Under the pieces are notes generated by a model that saw only the letters and a list, made by a program, of their open reading frames with translations, had not been told where the DNA came from and ran no database searches. Below are positions 51,522 through 64,000 of a stretch of 64,000 nucleotides of DNA, piece by piece; position 1 is the stretch's first letter, and each line of letters starts with the position of its first letter. Location: the NCBI RefSeq assembly GCF_009914755.1, contig NC_060932.1. One strand, given 5' to 3'. The position numbers and the translations under genes are program-made. Origin of the DNA: the human T2T-CHM13v2.0 reference genome, Homo sapiens.

Positions 51522-52163
51522 GTATTTTCAGCCCTCACATCTACTGCCTGGTACTTAGGAGGTTTTCAGTAGGTATTGGTTTTTAGAGTTGCAGGAAAAT
51601 CTATAGAACATAATTGAGAAAAAGAAGGAACATAGCTGCTCATTGGCTATTTTCTGTCTCTGTCTCTCATTATGAAGTTCATTATGCTTGTATGAATATA
51701 CAAGCCCTGAGAAAATAAATCATTTCCAACAATTTATTAGAGCAAGAGACATTGCCTGGGAAAATAAATTATTTCCAAGAATTTATAGAGTGAGAGGTCA
51801 GCGAGTTCCAGCAATATCTTGGTCATTAATATAGCATACTTTTACTTTGTTTCTGGATGGTTTTAATTTTTACAATGAAAATTAAACATATAAAGAAGCC
51901 CAGAAACCTGAAACAAGCTAGAATAAATAGATGGTCAGGTGAAGAACAGCACTTCCCATACCATGTAGCTTTCATTTGCCTATGTGTCTATCCCTTCTAC
52001 CAAACTGCAAGCTTCTTGAGAATAGGAACTTTATCTTACTCATTTTCATATCCAGAGATGATACGCAAAATATTTAGCAACCAGTACAAGAGAGGTTCTG
52101 ACCAATTAGAATGGATGCTAGCTGTAAATCACCAATATGGCTGACTTGCATGCTGGTTAAATA

Positions 52164-52509
52164 CAGTCATTCGTTGGTATCCATGAGGGATTGGTTCCAA
52201 AACCCACCGGCCACCCACTGCCTCAACCCTCCTCCCCACAGATACTAAAATCCACAGCTTATAGTTTGGTAGAAAGAATAGACACATAAGCAAATAGTAT
52301 TTACATATAACCGATGCACATCCTCATTTATACTTTAAATCATCTCTAGATTACTTATAATACCCAATAAAATGCCTACACATCACTTTATTCACATAGT
52401 ACTTGGCACATGGCAAATTCAAGTTTTGCTTAAGAAACTTTGTGAATGTTTTTTTCCAAATGTTTTTGATCCACAATTGGTTGAATCCATGGATACAGAG
52501 GGGCAACTG
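52164..52509. mobile_element. MER2B-like TcMar-Tigger DNA transposon
   Basis: TA|CAGTCATTCGTTGGTATCC...GGATACAGAGGGGCAACTG|TA termini, with internal TTTAAATCATCTCTAGATTACTTATAATACC. Confidence 0.9.
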
Positions 52510-52514
52510 TATTA

Positions 52515-52605
52515 GCCTATTCTGTCCTTAGTGTCTGGCACAATGCCTGGGAAAATACTAGATATTCAATAAATGTCTGATGAGTGCATGAAAAAATGAA
52601 TGAGT
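52515..52605 (+). mobile_element. L2 3' end
   Basis: GTGTCTGGCACAATGCCTGG...TTCAATAAATGTCTGATGA. Confidence 0.7.
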
Positions 52606-52687
52606 GCATAAATTCTACAAGCAGACCATTCCACCAAAGCCTGGCTCTTCCAGGATTGTCCTACTATCACTCTTAAAATCCCCTTTG

Positions 52688-53012
52688 GGGTCCAGCATAA
52701 TGGCTCATGTCTGTACTCCCAGTACTCTGGGAGACCAAGGCAGGAGGATCACTTGAGCCCTGGAGCTCAAGACCAAGCTGGACAATATAGTGAGACCTAT
52801 CTCTATAACAAATGTTAAAATTAGCCAGGCATGGTGGCGTGCACGGGTAGTCACAGCTACTTGGGAGGCTGAGGCAAGAGGATCCCTTGATCCCAGAAGT
52901 TTGAGGTTACAGTGAGATATTATTGCACCACTGCACTCCAGCATACTGGGCTACAGAGCAAGTCCCTGTCTCTAAAACAAAACAAAAGAAAACAAACAAA
53001 CAAACAAACAAA
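52688..53012 (+). mobile_element. AluJ with (CAAA)n tail
   Basis: GGAGGATCACTTGAGCCC and CCCTGTCTCT; diverged. Confidence 0.94.
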
Positions 53013-53415
53013 ACTCCTTTGTGCTCACTCCTCACTGCACAGTGCAGGGAGGGGACTGAAGCTATTATGGAAGCCACTGTGACCTGTTGAACCTAACATA
53101 CCCTGGAACTGTTGGCAATGAATTTAATTAGTCCAGCACTTTGTGGTAGTCACTACAACCTTATGAGTTATGGGAACATAATTTCAGTAATAAACGTAGC
53201 TATCACATCAAAGCCCTTGCGTACAGTGAAGATTGTGGTCCTCGACAACAGGCTGGTTGTCTCAGCATTTTTTTTTTACAGCCATGCCTAAATTGGAAAC
53301 AGAAATAATTGAATTTATGAGAGACCTCTAATAGTGATTTTCTGTTAAAATAGGGTTCTATTGAACATATTTTTATCTTCCCATTCTTAATTTTGAATAT
53401 TAATTATTTTAGAGA

Positions 53416-53704
53416 TTTTTTTTGAGTCAGGGTTTTGCTCTGTGGCCCAGGCTGGAGGGCAGTGGTGTGATCAAGGCTCACTGCAGCCTTGACCTTCGCA
53501 GACTCAGGTGATCCTCCTACCTCAGCCTCCTAAGTAGCTGGGACTACAGGTATACCACTATGCCTGACTGATTTTTTTTAGCTTCTGTAGAGACAGGTTT
53601 TCACTATGTTGCCCAGGCTGCTCTCAAACTCCTGGACTCAAACAATCTGCCTGCCTTGGCCTCCCAAAGTGCTAGAATTACGGCATGAGCCACTGTGCCT
53701 GGCC
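53416..53704 (-). mobile_element. AluJ
   Basis: CACTGCAGCCTTGACC, GATCCTCCTACCTCAGCC and TATGTTGCCCAGGCTG. Confidence 0.94.
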
Positions 53705-53999
53705 TAGATATTTTATAAGAATATAGATAGAAGGTTGTAAAAAATTAACATCAAAGTTTATGGAAAGGTAGTCTTTCCTCGTAAATAAATGTGAAAAAAA
53801 ATTTAACTCCCATATTTTCTCATTTATCATCAACCAAAGAATCAAATACTTATTGAATCCTTTAATGGACAATTGTCATTTGGAAGCTGCTCAGCTTTCC
53901 TACGCATCTCTTAAAAGACATGTACAGCCTTGATGAAACAGTAAATCCAAGAGTCTTCACTCCCTCTAAAAAAGTTAAAAGGTTTTCAAAGGCTGATAG

Positions 54000-54330
54000 A
54001 TCCTTCTTCTCACTCCCCAGGTATAGCCAAGGGTGGGCATATGGTTCAAGTTTGTTTAATGATTCTATATCCAGGGATGTTTGAATTGTGAGCAGAGTGA
54101 CGTAGCATGCATGAAGCAGACAGAGTGGACAGATTCTGGTGGCTGTGCCCAGGAAACATTCCCAAATGCTGTCTGCTGCGGGGACCTCCTGGGCCTGTTT
54201 GTCCCAAGCTTGAATCCTCAGCAATTTCTTCTTGGCTTTTAAATTTCTACATATATTTTCAATAAATATAATTTTAGATTAAGTAAAAGTTAGTTTCTGT
54301 TATTTGCACTGAAGAACTGTAAAGTATAAT
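54000..54330 (+). mobile_element. Old ERVL-type LTR (LTR33-like)
   Basis: AGGGTGGGCATATGGTTCAAG and the end CAATAAAT...GTTAGTTTCTGTTATTTGCACTGAAGAAC. Confidence 0.5.
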
Positions 54331-55019
54331 GCACTGGAGTAACAAACAGGTGCGTGGTACTGTTCTTGCCTTCTCTGAGTAGGTGAGCTAGCTGAAGAGA
54401 AGGAGAACATAGGTGACAGTATAGGCGAAAGGCAGAAAATGAGCAAGAGTGAAATGGAAACATAAGGAAAGAATCAGAGACAACCTGAAATTTAGGTTGT
54501 TTGGGATTTTTAAAAAATCCTCCCTTTCACTATCCTCATTCCTTGACTTTGCTCAATTAATTGATGAACAACCTTGACTGCCAGGTGTCTATATAGGCTA
54601 AAAAAGAGAGACATAAAAGTAGAAAATGTGGCTGCTGCACTCCGTGAAAAGTGCTGTCTAGTTGGAAAGACACAATTCATACATTAAAAATTAGAAAATA
54701 ATATAAGACAAGACATAGATTTGGTCATGCAAACTTTAAGCCTTATAGGGCTTAAAAGACAGGACATACAGGAGTAAGATCAGACATCAGAGAGAAACTG
54801 GAGCATCAGCTAGTTGAAAACAACATTTAAATGTTGTGAATTCAATGAAAATCATCATTGAAAAGCAACAATTTTCTATTAAGATGAATTTCCCAAATAG
54901 CTAACTGTTATACAGATGTTACAATGTACCAGCCCTGTTCCAAAAGCTTTACAAGTATATTAACTTACTCAGTGAGTGCTTAGGCAAAGATTAAACAATC
55001 TTCCCTTTGTGTGGGGAAG

Positions 55020-55156
55020 GTACATTTGTAGAGTCTGCCAGTTTCTGTGGTGTAAATATTCCCACTCTGGCTGATGTCAAAATACCAAAGAGATATCACT
55101 GAAGGAGGAGTTGGAAAGAAGTGTGTTCTTACCAGTCAGTTCCAGTGCACCAGTTG
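55020..55156. mobile_element. MER63-like hAT-Blackjack fragment
   Basis: TTTCTGTGGTGTAAATATTCCCACTCTGGCTGATGTCAA...TCACTGAAGGAGGAGTTGGAAAGA...TCCAGTGCACCAGTTG. Confidence 0.7.
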
Positions 55157-55204
55157 TCCTAACACTTCATGTGTATAAGAGATACAATCAGGATCATGTA
55201 CTCA

Positions 55205-55335
55205 AGATTCATAGGTTGGATCTAAAAAGGGATTTAGAGGTCAACTTGCTCAACATCTACATTTTAAACTGTGATATATTAGGCTCCAATGTAGGTCACT
55301 GACAAACTCATAATCACACTAGCAATTAAGGGTTG
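55205..55335 (-). mobile_element. MIR3/MIR fragment
   Basis: AAAAGGGATTTAGAGGTCAACTTGCTCAAC...CATTTTA. Confidence 0.5.
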
Positions 55336-58300
55336 GCTGTGGGGTCTGGACAGGCAAGCGACTGAACTCTAATCTAATTAGTCAGGTTTCCATTTAAAAT
55401 GCAGTCCAGTCCTGAAAGTGATCTTTGTATTCTTAGTGTGCGTGGATATCCAAAATCAAGTATCAAATATCTCCTTTTCATATTTATATACATTTCCTGG
55501 CTACCAGTCCAGATTTCTCTCCCTATACTATGCTTGGATAATCTTGTTTTTTACCTTCTCTTTTGTTTGTTGCACAATATATAAAAAGATAATCATGTAT
55601 ATTTGCATAAAAATTTCTGTAACCAGTAAAAAAGTGTTCTAAAAATAAATTTAAAAAACAAAAAGACAAATTGGATTAGCCTGTTCACCTCCTCTATACC
55701 TATGTGTCTGCCTATGGGATGGCCCTTGGTCCCAAAATAGCTTCCACATATTGTCACCATGTCTGAAATTTAATGACTCATCTTTTTGGATCTTAAAATA
55801 ATTTTGTGGTTTCCTAAATCTAATAGCATGAAACATCCTGGGGGACGAATTATTTTGCCATATATATCGAGGGCCCATTGACAGAGAGTTGAGAAAAAGT
55901 TGTGAAAATCAACTCTTTCAAATATTTTAAAAGTTCATTATCAAATGTGGAATTAAGAAAACCACATAAACCACATTTAACACTTTTGCCTACATTTAGA
56001 GTTAATATCATTAAAAACTCTGATATACAGCAATATTTTAGTTGTGAAGCTGACTAAAATAAAATTATTAGATAACTGTCATGAACAGAAGTTCTTCTTT
56101 CGTGCCTGCTTTTTGAAATAATAAATTGTTTAGTAAATGCTTCCTATGTTGCTTTGACCCCAAAATTACTTTATTTTTATTTTATTATCATTATTTCTTG
56201 GATAGCCAGCAAAGAACTTGTTCTGGAAGAGTCTATTGTCTTTGTTACAAATACAGAATTTTGCTGATTCTAGAACTGATTTCAGATACTGGTGGTGGGG
56301 CATGGGGTTCATTATGCTTTTGAAATATTCAAGTGAGCTGGCTTGTTACCAGTGCTATGAAAGACAATCCATTCAGCTGACTGCTTAGCTTGGAGACTGT
56401 TTCTTTTGGCAAACAACATAAGAGGATACCTGCTATACCCAAGAAATATGTATTTAAAATAAATAGCAAGCATAGCTTTACATCCCTGAGTGGACAAAAA
56501 AAATGATCTATTTACTCTGAGACTACCAAACCAACATTCTTAGGTGTCTCAATAAAAAAGACAAGAAAAAAATAGTATTTGATCAAATCCATGGTGACAA
56601 GGGTCATAGAATGTGTCAGTTAAATCCTCTCCTGCTCTATCCCCTCCTTCTACTCTCAGATAATCCTCCTGTGCCCCTCCTCCCCGGAGCTGCAGCAAGG
56701 TTGCCTTAGAGAGCTGCCTTAAACGGAGATAGTGCCCCTTCCCTTGACAGAACCTGGGATGAGATCCTCGTTTCAGAAAATGATTTGATCCTCCTGAAGG
56801 CGCTCCCTGCTAAGGATCTAAACTCAGGGTAAGGCAGCCCCTGCATCGACTTCACCTGAATGCTCCCTCCTGTGGTAGAGCCAAGATAAGCCACTGTGCC
56901 TGTCACTTGGAGACCCACTCTCAAACCCTGGTACTCTATGTATTCTGGAAGGTTATTAATGGATTTCTTGGTGGTTTGCTTTGCCCACTTCCTAGAAAAG
57001 AGTTCTCAAACAAACAAACAAAGGTAAGAAGATACCTCAAAATATATTAAAAATACATTAGGGACGTAAGTAGTTGCATAATCTCACAACACTTTAAATT
57101 AATCTGTGCCGCATCCTTGCCTGACCTCAAGGAGTTAAGGTCCATAAGCAGGATTAGAGTAGAGACAGGCAGAGAGATCAGACATGTTCTAGGACAAAAA
57201 TAAGCAAAGGAAACAGGGCTATGCTTTCAGGCATGGATTAATTTAATTTTATGGGAGGGAGGAAGGAATTGTTTAGGGGCTTACATCCACGGAAGCATCT
57301 CAAATACTGATGAAGTTTGACTTTTTTTTCTGACAGATATGTAGAGGTGAGCAAAAAGAATGACTCATTATCCCCTCTGGGAAGGAAAGACTATTAAGAT
57401 TTATTTTAATTATTTACATGTTATTTCCATAAAATACTCTGCGCAGACTATTCTTTTTAGCTCCTTGTTAGGAAGAGGCTGATATTCAGTGTAATTCCAG
57501 TTCAGAATCACAATAATTCCTTAGAATGAATATGGAAATGTTTAACCAGTAAATGTTTATTTGGGGCATCGCTAATGAAAAACATTCTAGGCAGCCGAAT
57601 TTTATACTTTGCACATGGAATGCAAGAATGTCTGACTTACTGAATCATTGAAATGAGATTTAGCTTATACCTATAGCAAGCTCCAGCACCCGTGAGGGGC
57701 TTCCTGCTCCCAGACATCTAACATAGTTCAAATGGGAAAGCTCTTCTTGTGGAGTTTGTGTGCGGAGAGCACTGGGCAAGGGGCTAAGCAGCATCAAGTT
57801 CTGTCCTGGCTCTTCACTGACCATCTTGTGGCCTTTATCACAGCAAAGAACTCTGTTTCCTAAAGCGCAGGGAAAGGGAGAAAGAGTGAGAAGCCAGAGG
57901 AGATGGTATGGTTAAAGAGCTTTGAAATACAAACGTGTTAAAGATAAGTGGTATTATCCACAACCCCAAACACATTTTAAGATTCCCTATCTGTGAGGCA
58001 ATTTCACACCTTTAAACAAGGTCTAAACATACATAAAAGGATGGTTGGGAAACTCTCCTCTCTTCAAGGCTAAATTAAAGATGCCTATTAAGCAACTCAG
58101 AGAAGTAGCATAAAGAGAAGCAAAGTGAATGAAAAATCACCAGGACTTACTAATTTAGCTGTAGGGGCCATGTCTAATGCTACAATTTAAATGACATTAT
58201 GTGTTTTCCCACAATATTTGCAATCACTAGCACATACTGGATGCTTCACTCATGCTAAGTAATACTTTGATGGAGAAATGAGGGACAGTTCGGTGAACCT

Positions 58301-58544
58301 TGCCTCTCTGAGACACCAAACAGCCTGGTATTCCACAGCACTGCAGCTTTATAACACGAGAAACAGCTCAAACCATATGGTCTTCCTTAAGTTACTTTAC
58401 CCCTCTGCCCTGTAGCTTCACCAGCTTCAAGGAAGAGTGATAACTCTGTTCTCAAGGGTGACTCTATGAGTTGATGGAGCAGGCAAATGACTGCTCTGCT
58501 TCAAGGAAGGCAGAACTGGCTCCTTACTCCATCGTTTTGTTTTT

Positions 58545-59190
58545 CATGGCTTTATGGAATTATAATTTATATAAAATTAACTTCTCCGATTTCTTTTTTG
58601 TTTTGTTTTTGTTTGAGACAGCCTGTCTCTGTCACTCAGGCTAGAGTGCAAAGGCGTGTTCATGCCTCACTGCAGCCTGGACCTCCTGGCTCAGGTGATC
58701 CTCCTGCCTCAGCCTCCTAAGTAGCTGGGACTACAGGCACCTGCCCCCAAGCCCAGCTAATTTTTAAATTTTGTGTAGTGACAGGTCTCCCTGTGTTGCC
58801 CAGGGTGGTCTTGAACTTCTGGACTCAAGTGACCCACTGACCTGGGCCTCCCAAAGTGCCAGGATTGCAGGCATGAGCCACCATGCCTAGCCAAACTTCA
58901 CAAATTTCAAGTGTACATTTTGATATTTTTTACATATGCATACAACCATGAAACCATCACCACAATTAGGATACTGAACATATCCATCTCCCCCACAAAT
59001 CTCCTTGTGCCCCTTGGTAATCCCTCCCTTCTGCCCTTTCCCATCCCCTCTCGTCTCCAAGAAACACTGATCTGTGACTATATTTAGCTTGCATTTTCTA
59101 AAGTTTTATATACATTACATCATACACTGTATCTTTGACATCATTATATTATTCATATATCCATAGCTTATTCCTTTTATTATTCCATCA
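58545..59190 (-). mobile_element. L1MC/MD-type 3' end interrupted by AluJ
   Basis: CCATGAAACCATCACCACAAT...AACATATCCATCTCCCCCA...CCTTGTGCCCCTTGGTAATCCCTCCC. Confidence 0.8.
58594..58892 (-). mobile_element. AluJ
   Basis: Antisense AluJ with degenerate TSD AACTTCTCCGATTTC / AACTTCACAAATTTC. Confidence 0.94.
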
Positions 59191-61374
59191 AATTTTCCCA
59201 TCCAACCTCCTAAAACTTTTAATTCTGCCCTGAGATATACCTCTGAATTCAACGATCTTTAACTTGCCACTTGTGAAAATGCAAATCTGTACCCAAAATG
59301 TGCCAGCTGACACCTCTGTTAGGGGTTAGGTGGCAGCTAGCTGTGAATGGATGCAAATAGAAGTCAGGCACCCAGGGAGGAAGAGGAAACATTGATTGTG
59401 GCAGCAAGAGGCAGCAAAGAGACACTTGGAATTTTTGCTGCTTTCGTGTTGACCACAACCATCCTATCTCATGTGGATACTCTAATTAGTTTGTCTGTTT
59501 TTAAAAGCTGAGTAATTGTCTTTCATTCTTTGCTGGTTCACGGCTAGCCAGTCCCATCCCAGTTCTGGGGTTGGTGTTTTCCCTCACACCTTCTCATCAC
59601 CTTTGAATACAAAGATGCCCACCCTTTGTTCCATGGACTTAAATATGTTCTGGAATGTGGGGATTACATGTGTGGGGCATCCGCAAGTTTCTTGGGATCA
59701 TCAGGAATCATCAAAGTCTCTTACAGTGAAAAGACTCATGCACCTTCCCCAGAGCAGGAAGATGTGCTTCTCTGAAAGGTTTTTCAGCCTTGCTTAGACC
59801 CCAAAAGTCCTCAGCAGTCTCCCCGCGGCACCCCACTCTTCCCACAGAGTCTAGCCAGGTCCCATCCTCTGATCTCCAAACTCCTCTAACTCCTCTAACC
59901 CCTCCAAACTCCTCTAAGAGAAGTTCCTACCTCCTGTCCTCTGCCCCATAACCCCTACTTCTTGGGTATCCTACTTCTGATCTAAGAAGACAGGAGGGCA
60001 GTGTGGGTGGAGTAATCTGGTTCTTCTATTTCTTTCTAAATCTAGTATTGACTCATAACAGCTGGGACTTGTTTACCTCAGGTCTTTCATCCTGCTGATT
60101 ATCAAGAATGTGACTTAGATAATTAAAAAAGTAAAAAGAGGAGGAGGAGGAGTAGGAGGAGAGAGATAGGCAAATTCTTTCTTGATCTTTTGTTCCCAGT
60201 AAAACAGTCTTCTTGAGTTAATGTGGAAGAAAGGCCATGCATAAATAAGTGGGGAAAAGTAACACATAAACATTAATATTTCGAGATTCTATCTTACTAT
60301 TAATACATATATTTAAATAATTTATATGTATTTGGAATTTCCCAAAATTAATGGGTTCAGAGACTTTTTAAATGAAATTTAGTAAAATGTTTACAAGTCC
60401 TACAGCTATCTACAATGTAACAATAAGGATTAATCATCAAAATACATCTTTTGACCTAGACAGGCTACTTGGCTGTGGCTAAACTAAAAGATTAGTTTGC
60501 AGCCCTTTAGAAAGACAAATCCTGAAATTAAGAAAAAAAAAGGGATCAATATTGTTGTTATAATCCAAAACCATTTACCAAATAAATGTATTGCTGTGCT
60601 TTTTTGAGTGAAGGCAGCATTGTGGGCTGAACCTGCATGAGGCCCTGTGGACCACTTTAATACCATCATTTTCCTTTCATGGGATTATTTTTGATTCCTG
60701 AACAATGCAGTGAGTTTGGCAGAGAAAAGGAAAGAGCCATTATGTGGAAGGAAAAAGCCTGCTATTAAGGAAAAATTGTGAGGCTTTTAACCAAAGTTGC
60801 TTCAAGGTTTTCAGAAGGGAGTGCAGTTTCCCACATGCCATTGACTAGTTAAGGGGCCTCTCCACTGAGACCACATGGTAGTGATCTGTGCATCCTGAAA
60901 ACGCATCAAGGAAACCATTGCAGTGGATTCAATCCAAGAGCTGAGTGGAGTGACCAATTACATCTATGAATGTGCCCTCCCATGCAAATTTGAGAGTTTC
61001 AAAGGCCATTCATTCATCAGGTCTTCTCTCTATGACTAGCTTAACCGGAAGCCAATGAGAAAATGGATCTTGCCCTTCCCAGAATAACTGTCCCTCCTTA
61101 TTTTGGAGGTAGCCTCAGCTCAATACTTCTTTACAGTCAAGAATTCCTTTATTTTTATTTGATGTACATGGGCTTGCCTGGCCTTTCAGAGTCCAAGAAG
61201 AAATGTATGGTTTCAGAACCATAACTAATACTCATGTTGTGTATTTTAATGAAATAAATGTCAATATAACAAGTCTACTATACTTGCAGGTATCACATCC
61301 TTGATTTATACTTTTCTTTTTAAAAAGGCATATAGTTCTCTTTGAAAATTTTGAAGATACTGTCAAAAAATGAA

Positions 61375-61625
61375 TAGTGTGTGAGTGACTGCATTTAAAT
61401 GACATCCTGGAAAAAGGCTATAGGAATAAAGCACTTAAGCCCCTGGTTGCCAGGGGTTAAGTGTGGAGAAAGGGGATGGCCATAAACAGGCAGCAGGATA
61501 GAATTTGGGAAGTGACGGAGCTGTTTTATATCTTCCTAGTCATAGGACTCTATGCATTTGCCAGAACTCATAGAACTATACTCCCAAAAAAGTGAAGTTT
61601 ACTGTATGTGGATTTTTTTAAGTGT
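61375..61625 (+). mobile_element. L1MD/ME 3' end
   Basis: TGGTTGCCAGGGGTT, CTATGCATTTGCCAGAACTCATAGAACT and AAAAGTGAAGTTTACTGTATGT. Confidence 0.78.
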
Positions 61626-61736
61626 ACCAAGTCATAATAAATTGGTATCTATAAAGGATTGAATTTTGGAAAAAATAAGAATTAAAATGACAGGAATTAA
61701 ACTCCTGTTTTTCCCATGATATCTGGAGAAATCATT

Positions 61737-61887
61737 TATGTATTATTATTAAATAATACATGATTATATTATATGTATTATTATTAAATAATACATGATT
61801 ATATTATATGTATTATTATTAAATAATACATGATTATATTATATGTATTATTATTAAATAATACATGATTATATTATATGTATTATT
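61737..61887. repeat. 35-bp AT-rich minisatellite, about 4.3 identical copies
   Basis: Unit TATGTATTATTATTAAATAATACATGATTATATTA starts at 61737, 61772, 61807, 61842 and (partial) 61877. AT-rich sequence continues to about 62045. Confidence 0.97.
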
Positions 61888-62313
61888 TATATATGCATAC
61901 ATATTTAAATATGTATGTATATAAAATATATACATATATTTTAATACATATAATAATCTGTATTAAATAATACAGATTAATATATTAATACATATGTATT
62001 AAATAATATATTTCATTAAATAATACAAGAATTATTAAAATAATTCTTGATTACCTTCTTAACAATGAATAATATGGATATTATGGCATATAGAAATAAC
62101 AAAATAAGTGAAACTACAGCCTTATCTAGTGTTCAGAACACCTTCAACATTATTCCTAACCCTCACCAAGCCTTTTCTACCCTTCTCTTATTAACACTCT
62201 TCTCAGCTAAAAAGGTTTTAACTAAAAGGATATGTACTTATTTCACCAATAAACACTTGATATTAACCAAAAAGTCATACACCCACCCTATCAGTAAGGA
62301 CAATAAAGAATAG

Positions 62314-62746
<433 letters not shown>

Positions 62747-64000
62747 TAGGTGATTTGTTTCCATGCCTTGTAAACAGTGCTCATTTGTCCTTCCTCTTGC
62801 CTCAGATTTATGCTCTTCAATCCTCTTCCCATTAGAGCCTCTTTCACCCTTTAAACTCAGATAGGATGACCATGACCATGGTCAATTCATTTCCTGCAGG
62901 TGATATTGTGTATGTGAGCATGTGTTTATTTAATCATAAAAATGTGGAATGAACTAGTCTGGAATACTTTTCTTAAGTTTTTTTCTGACAGAAGTAGTAG
63001 TATTTTAAAACATAAATAAAACTTCTTTTAAGTTTGCAGTTGGTATGTGGAGACAAGCAACATTAACTAAGATCAATTTATGGTGTTATTTCTCAACCAA
63101 TTAGAAAGAGAATTTTCTAGTTCTAAGACATATTCCTATAGGAATATTCCTTACAGTTCTTCTGTTTAGTCAATAGAAAAAAAACACTTAAAGGTCCTCA
63201 AGCTATTATTCTTCCTAGTCTCGATTCATTTGGCAGCCCATTAAAATATAATTTCATGGTGAGATTTATAATAGTATAAATATATCCGTAGTTTTTATAT
63301 TCTCTAAACTGTGATTTTCCCTTGCACTCTGCCCCTGAAAACTGTTTAAACTCTCTGTGAATACTTAGAAAATTTGTTCTTACATGGGTAAATGACTTCA
63401 TAAGAGAGAAAACAGCTTGGTTGGAAACAATAGGGTAATTTTGGTTTGGGTTAATAATAAGAGAAACTTAAACTTCTAGAAAATTCAGGTCATTAATGAT
63501 CCGAAGTATCACTAAAACATACTAGAGACTAATTTGTGTTCCACAAATCTGTATTCTTTCCAACAACTTCAGAGCTGGGATTGTATTTCTCCCTGGCCTC
63601 ACAATGCGTCACCGTAGCCTTGACTACAACAGAGCCATTGATTCAGAATACAAAGAGAGAATAGGGACTGTCCCTGAACAAGAGATGCCCTGTGACTCTC
63701 CTGGACCTGAGCAAATTCAGACTTTACCATAAATTCTATGCTATTTTACATTCAATCTGACAGAGTTCCTTGCAGTAAATAATTCAAGATTCATCAATTT
63801 AAAGTACAGATTGTTTACCAAAAATATCAACTTATAAAAACAAGCCTTCGATGAGTTCAGCATATACTCTTTTATGTTGGATGACATGATGACACATTAG
63901 GTAACACAGAAAAATATTTTGATATGTATTTAGAAACTAAATAGAGATAAAAAAAAAAGACCCAGAAAATTAGAAACTAGGCATGAATTCCCACCATGTT

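Noticed and set aside
61737-61887. Regular 35-bp repeats as a CRISPR-like array
   Set aside because: The units are head-to-tail with no spacers, and the context is eukaryotic

Overview
AT-rich, CpG-poor, repeat-dense primate (probably hominoid or human) non-coding DNA, either intronic or intergenic. I cannot name the locus and find no credible protein-coding gene, tRNA, rRNA, CpG island or CRISPR array. The supplied ORFs are short chance frames, or translations of Alu and decayed LINE-1 sequence. The window holds about 15 Alus (J, S and Y age classes, many with readable target-site duplications), L1 fragments of several ages (some nested), L2, MIR, ERVL/MaLR solo LTRs, DNA transposons (MADE1, MER2B, MER5, MER63) and microsatellites. 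Subfamily names come from recalled consensus sequences and need RepeatMasker/Dfam confirmation. I do not see a new multi-gene system. The most notable signals are structural. (1) A short young L1PA insertion carries a 20-nt 3' transduction (43097-43395). (2) A 225-bp piece of a local MER2B was copied about 950 bp upstream between 32-bp direct repeats (51254-51546). (3) Two long fold-back inverted duplications occur at 10492-10635 and 12575-12678, with several smaller templated-insertion scars elsewhere. (4) An AT-rich minisatellite has a self-complementary unit (61737-61887). (5) There are a few candidate cis-regulatory motif clusters.
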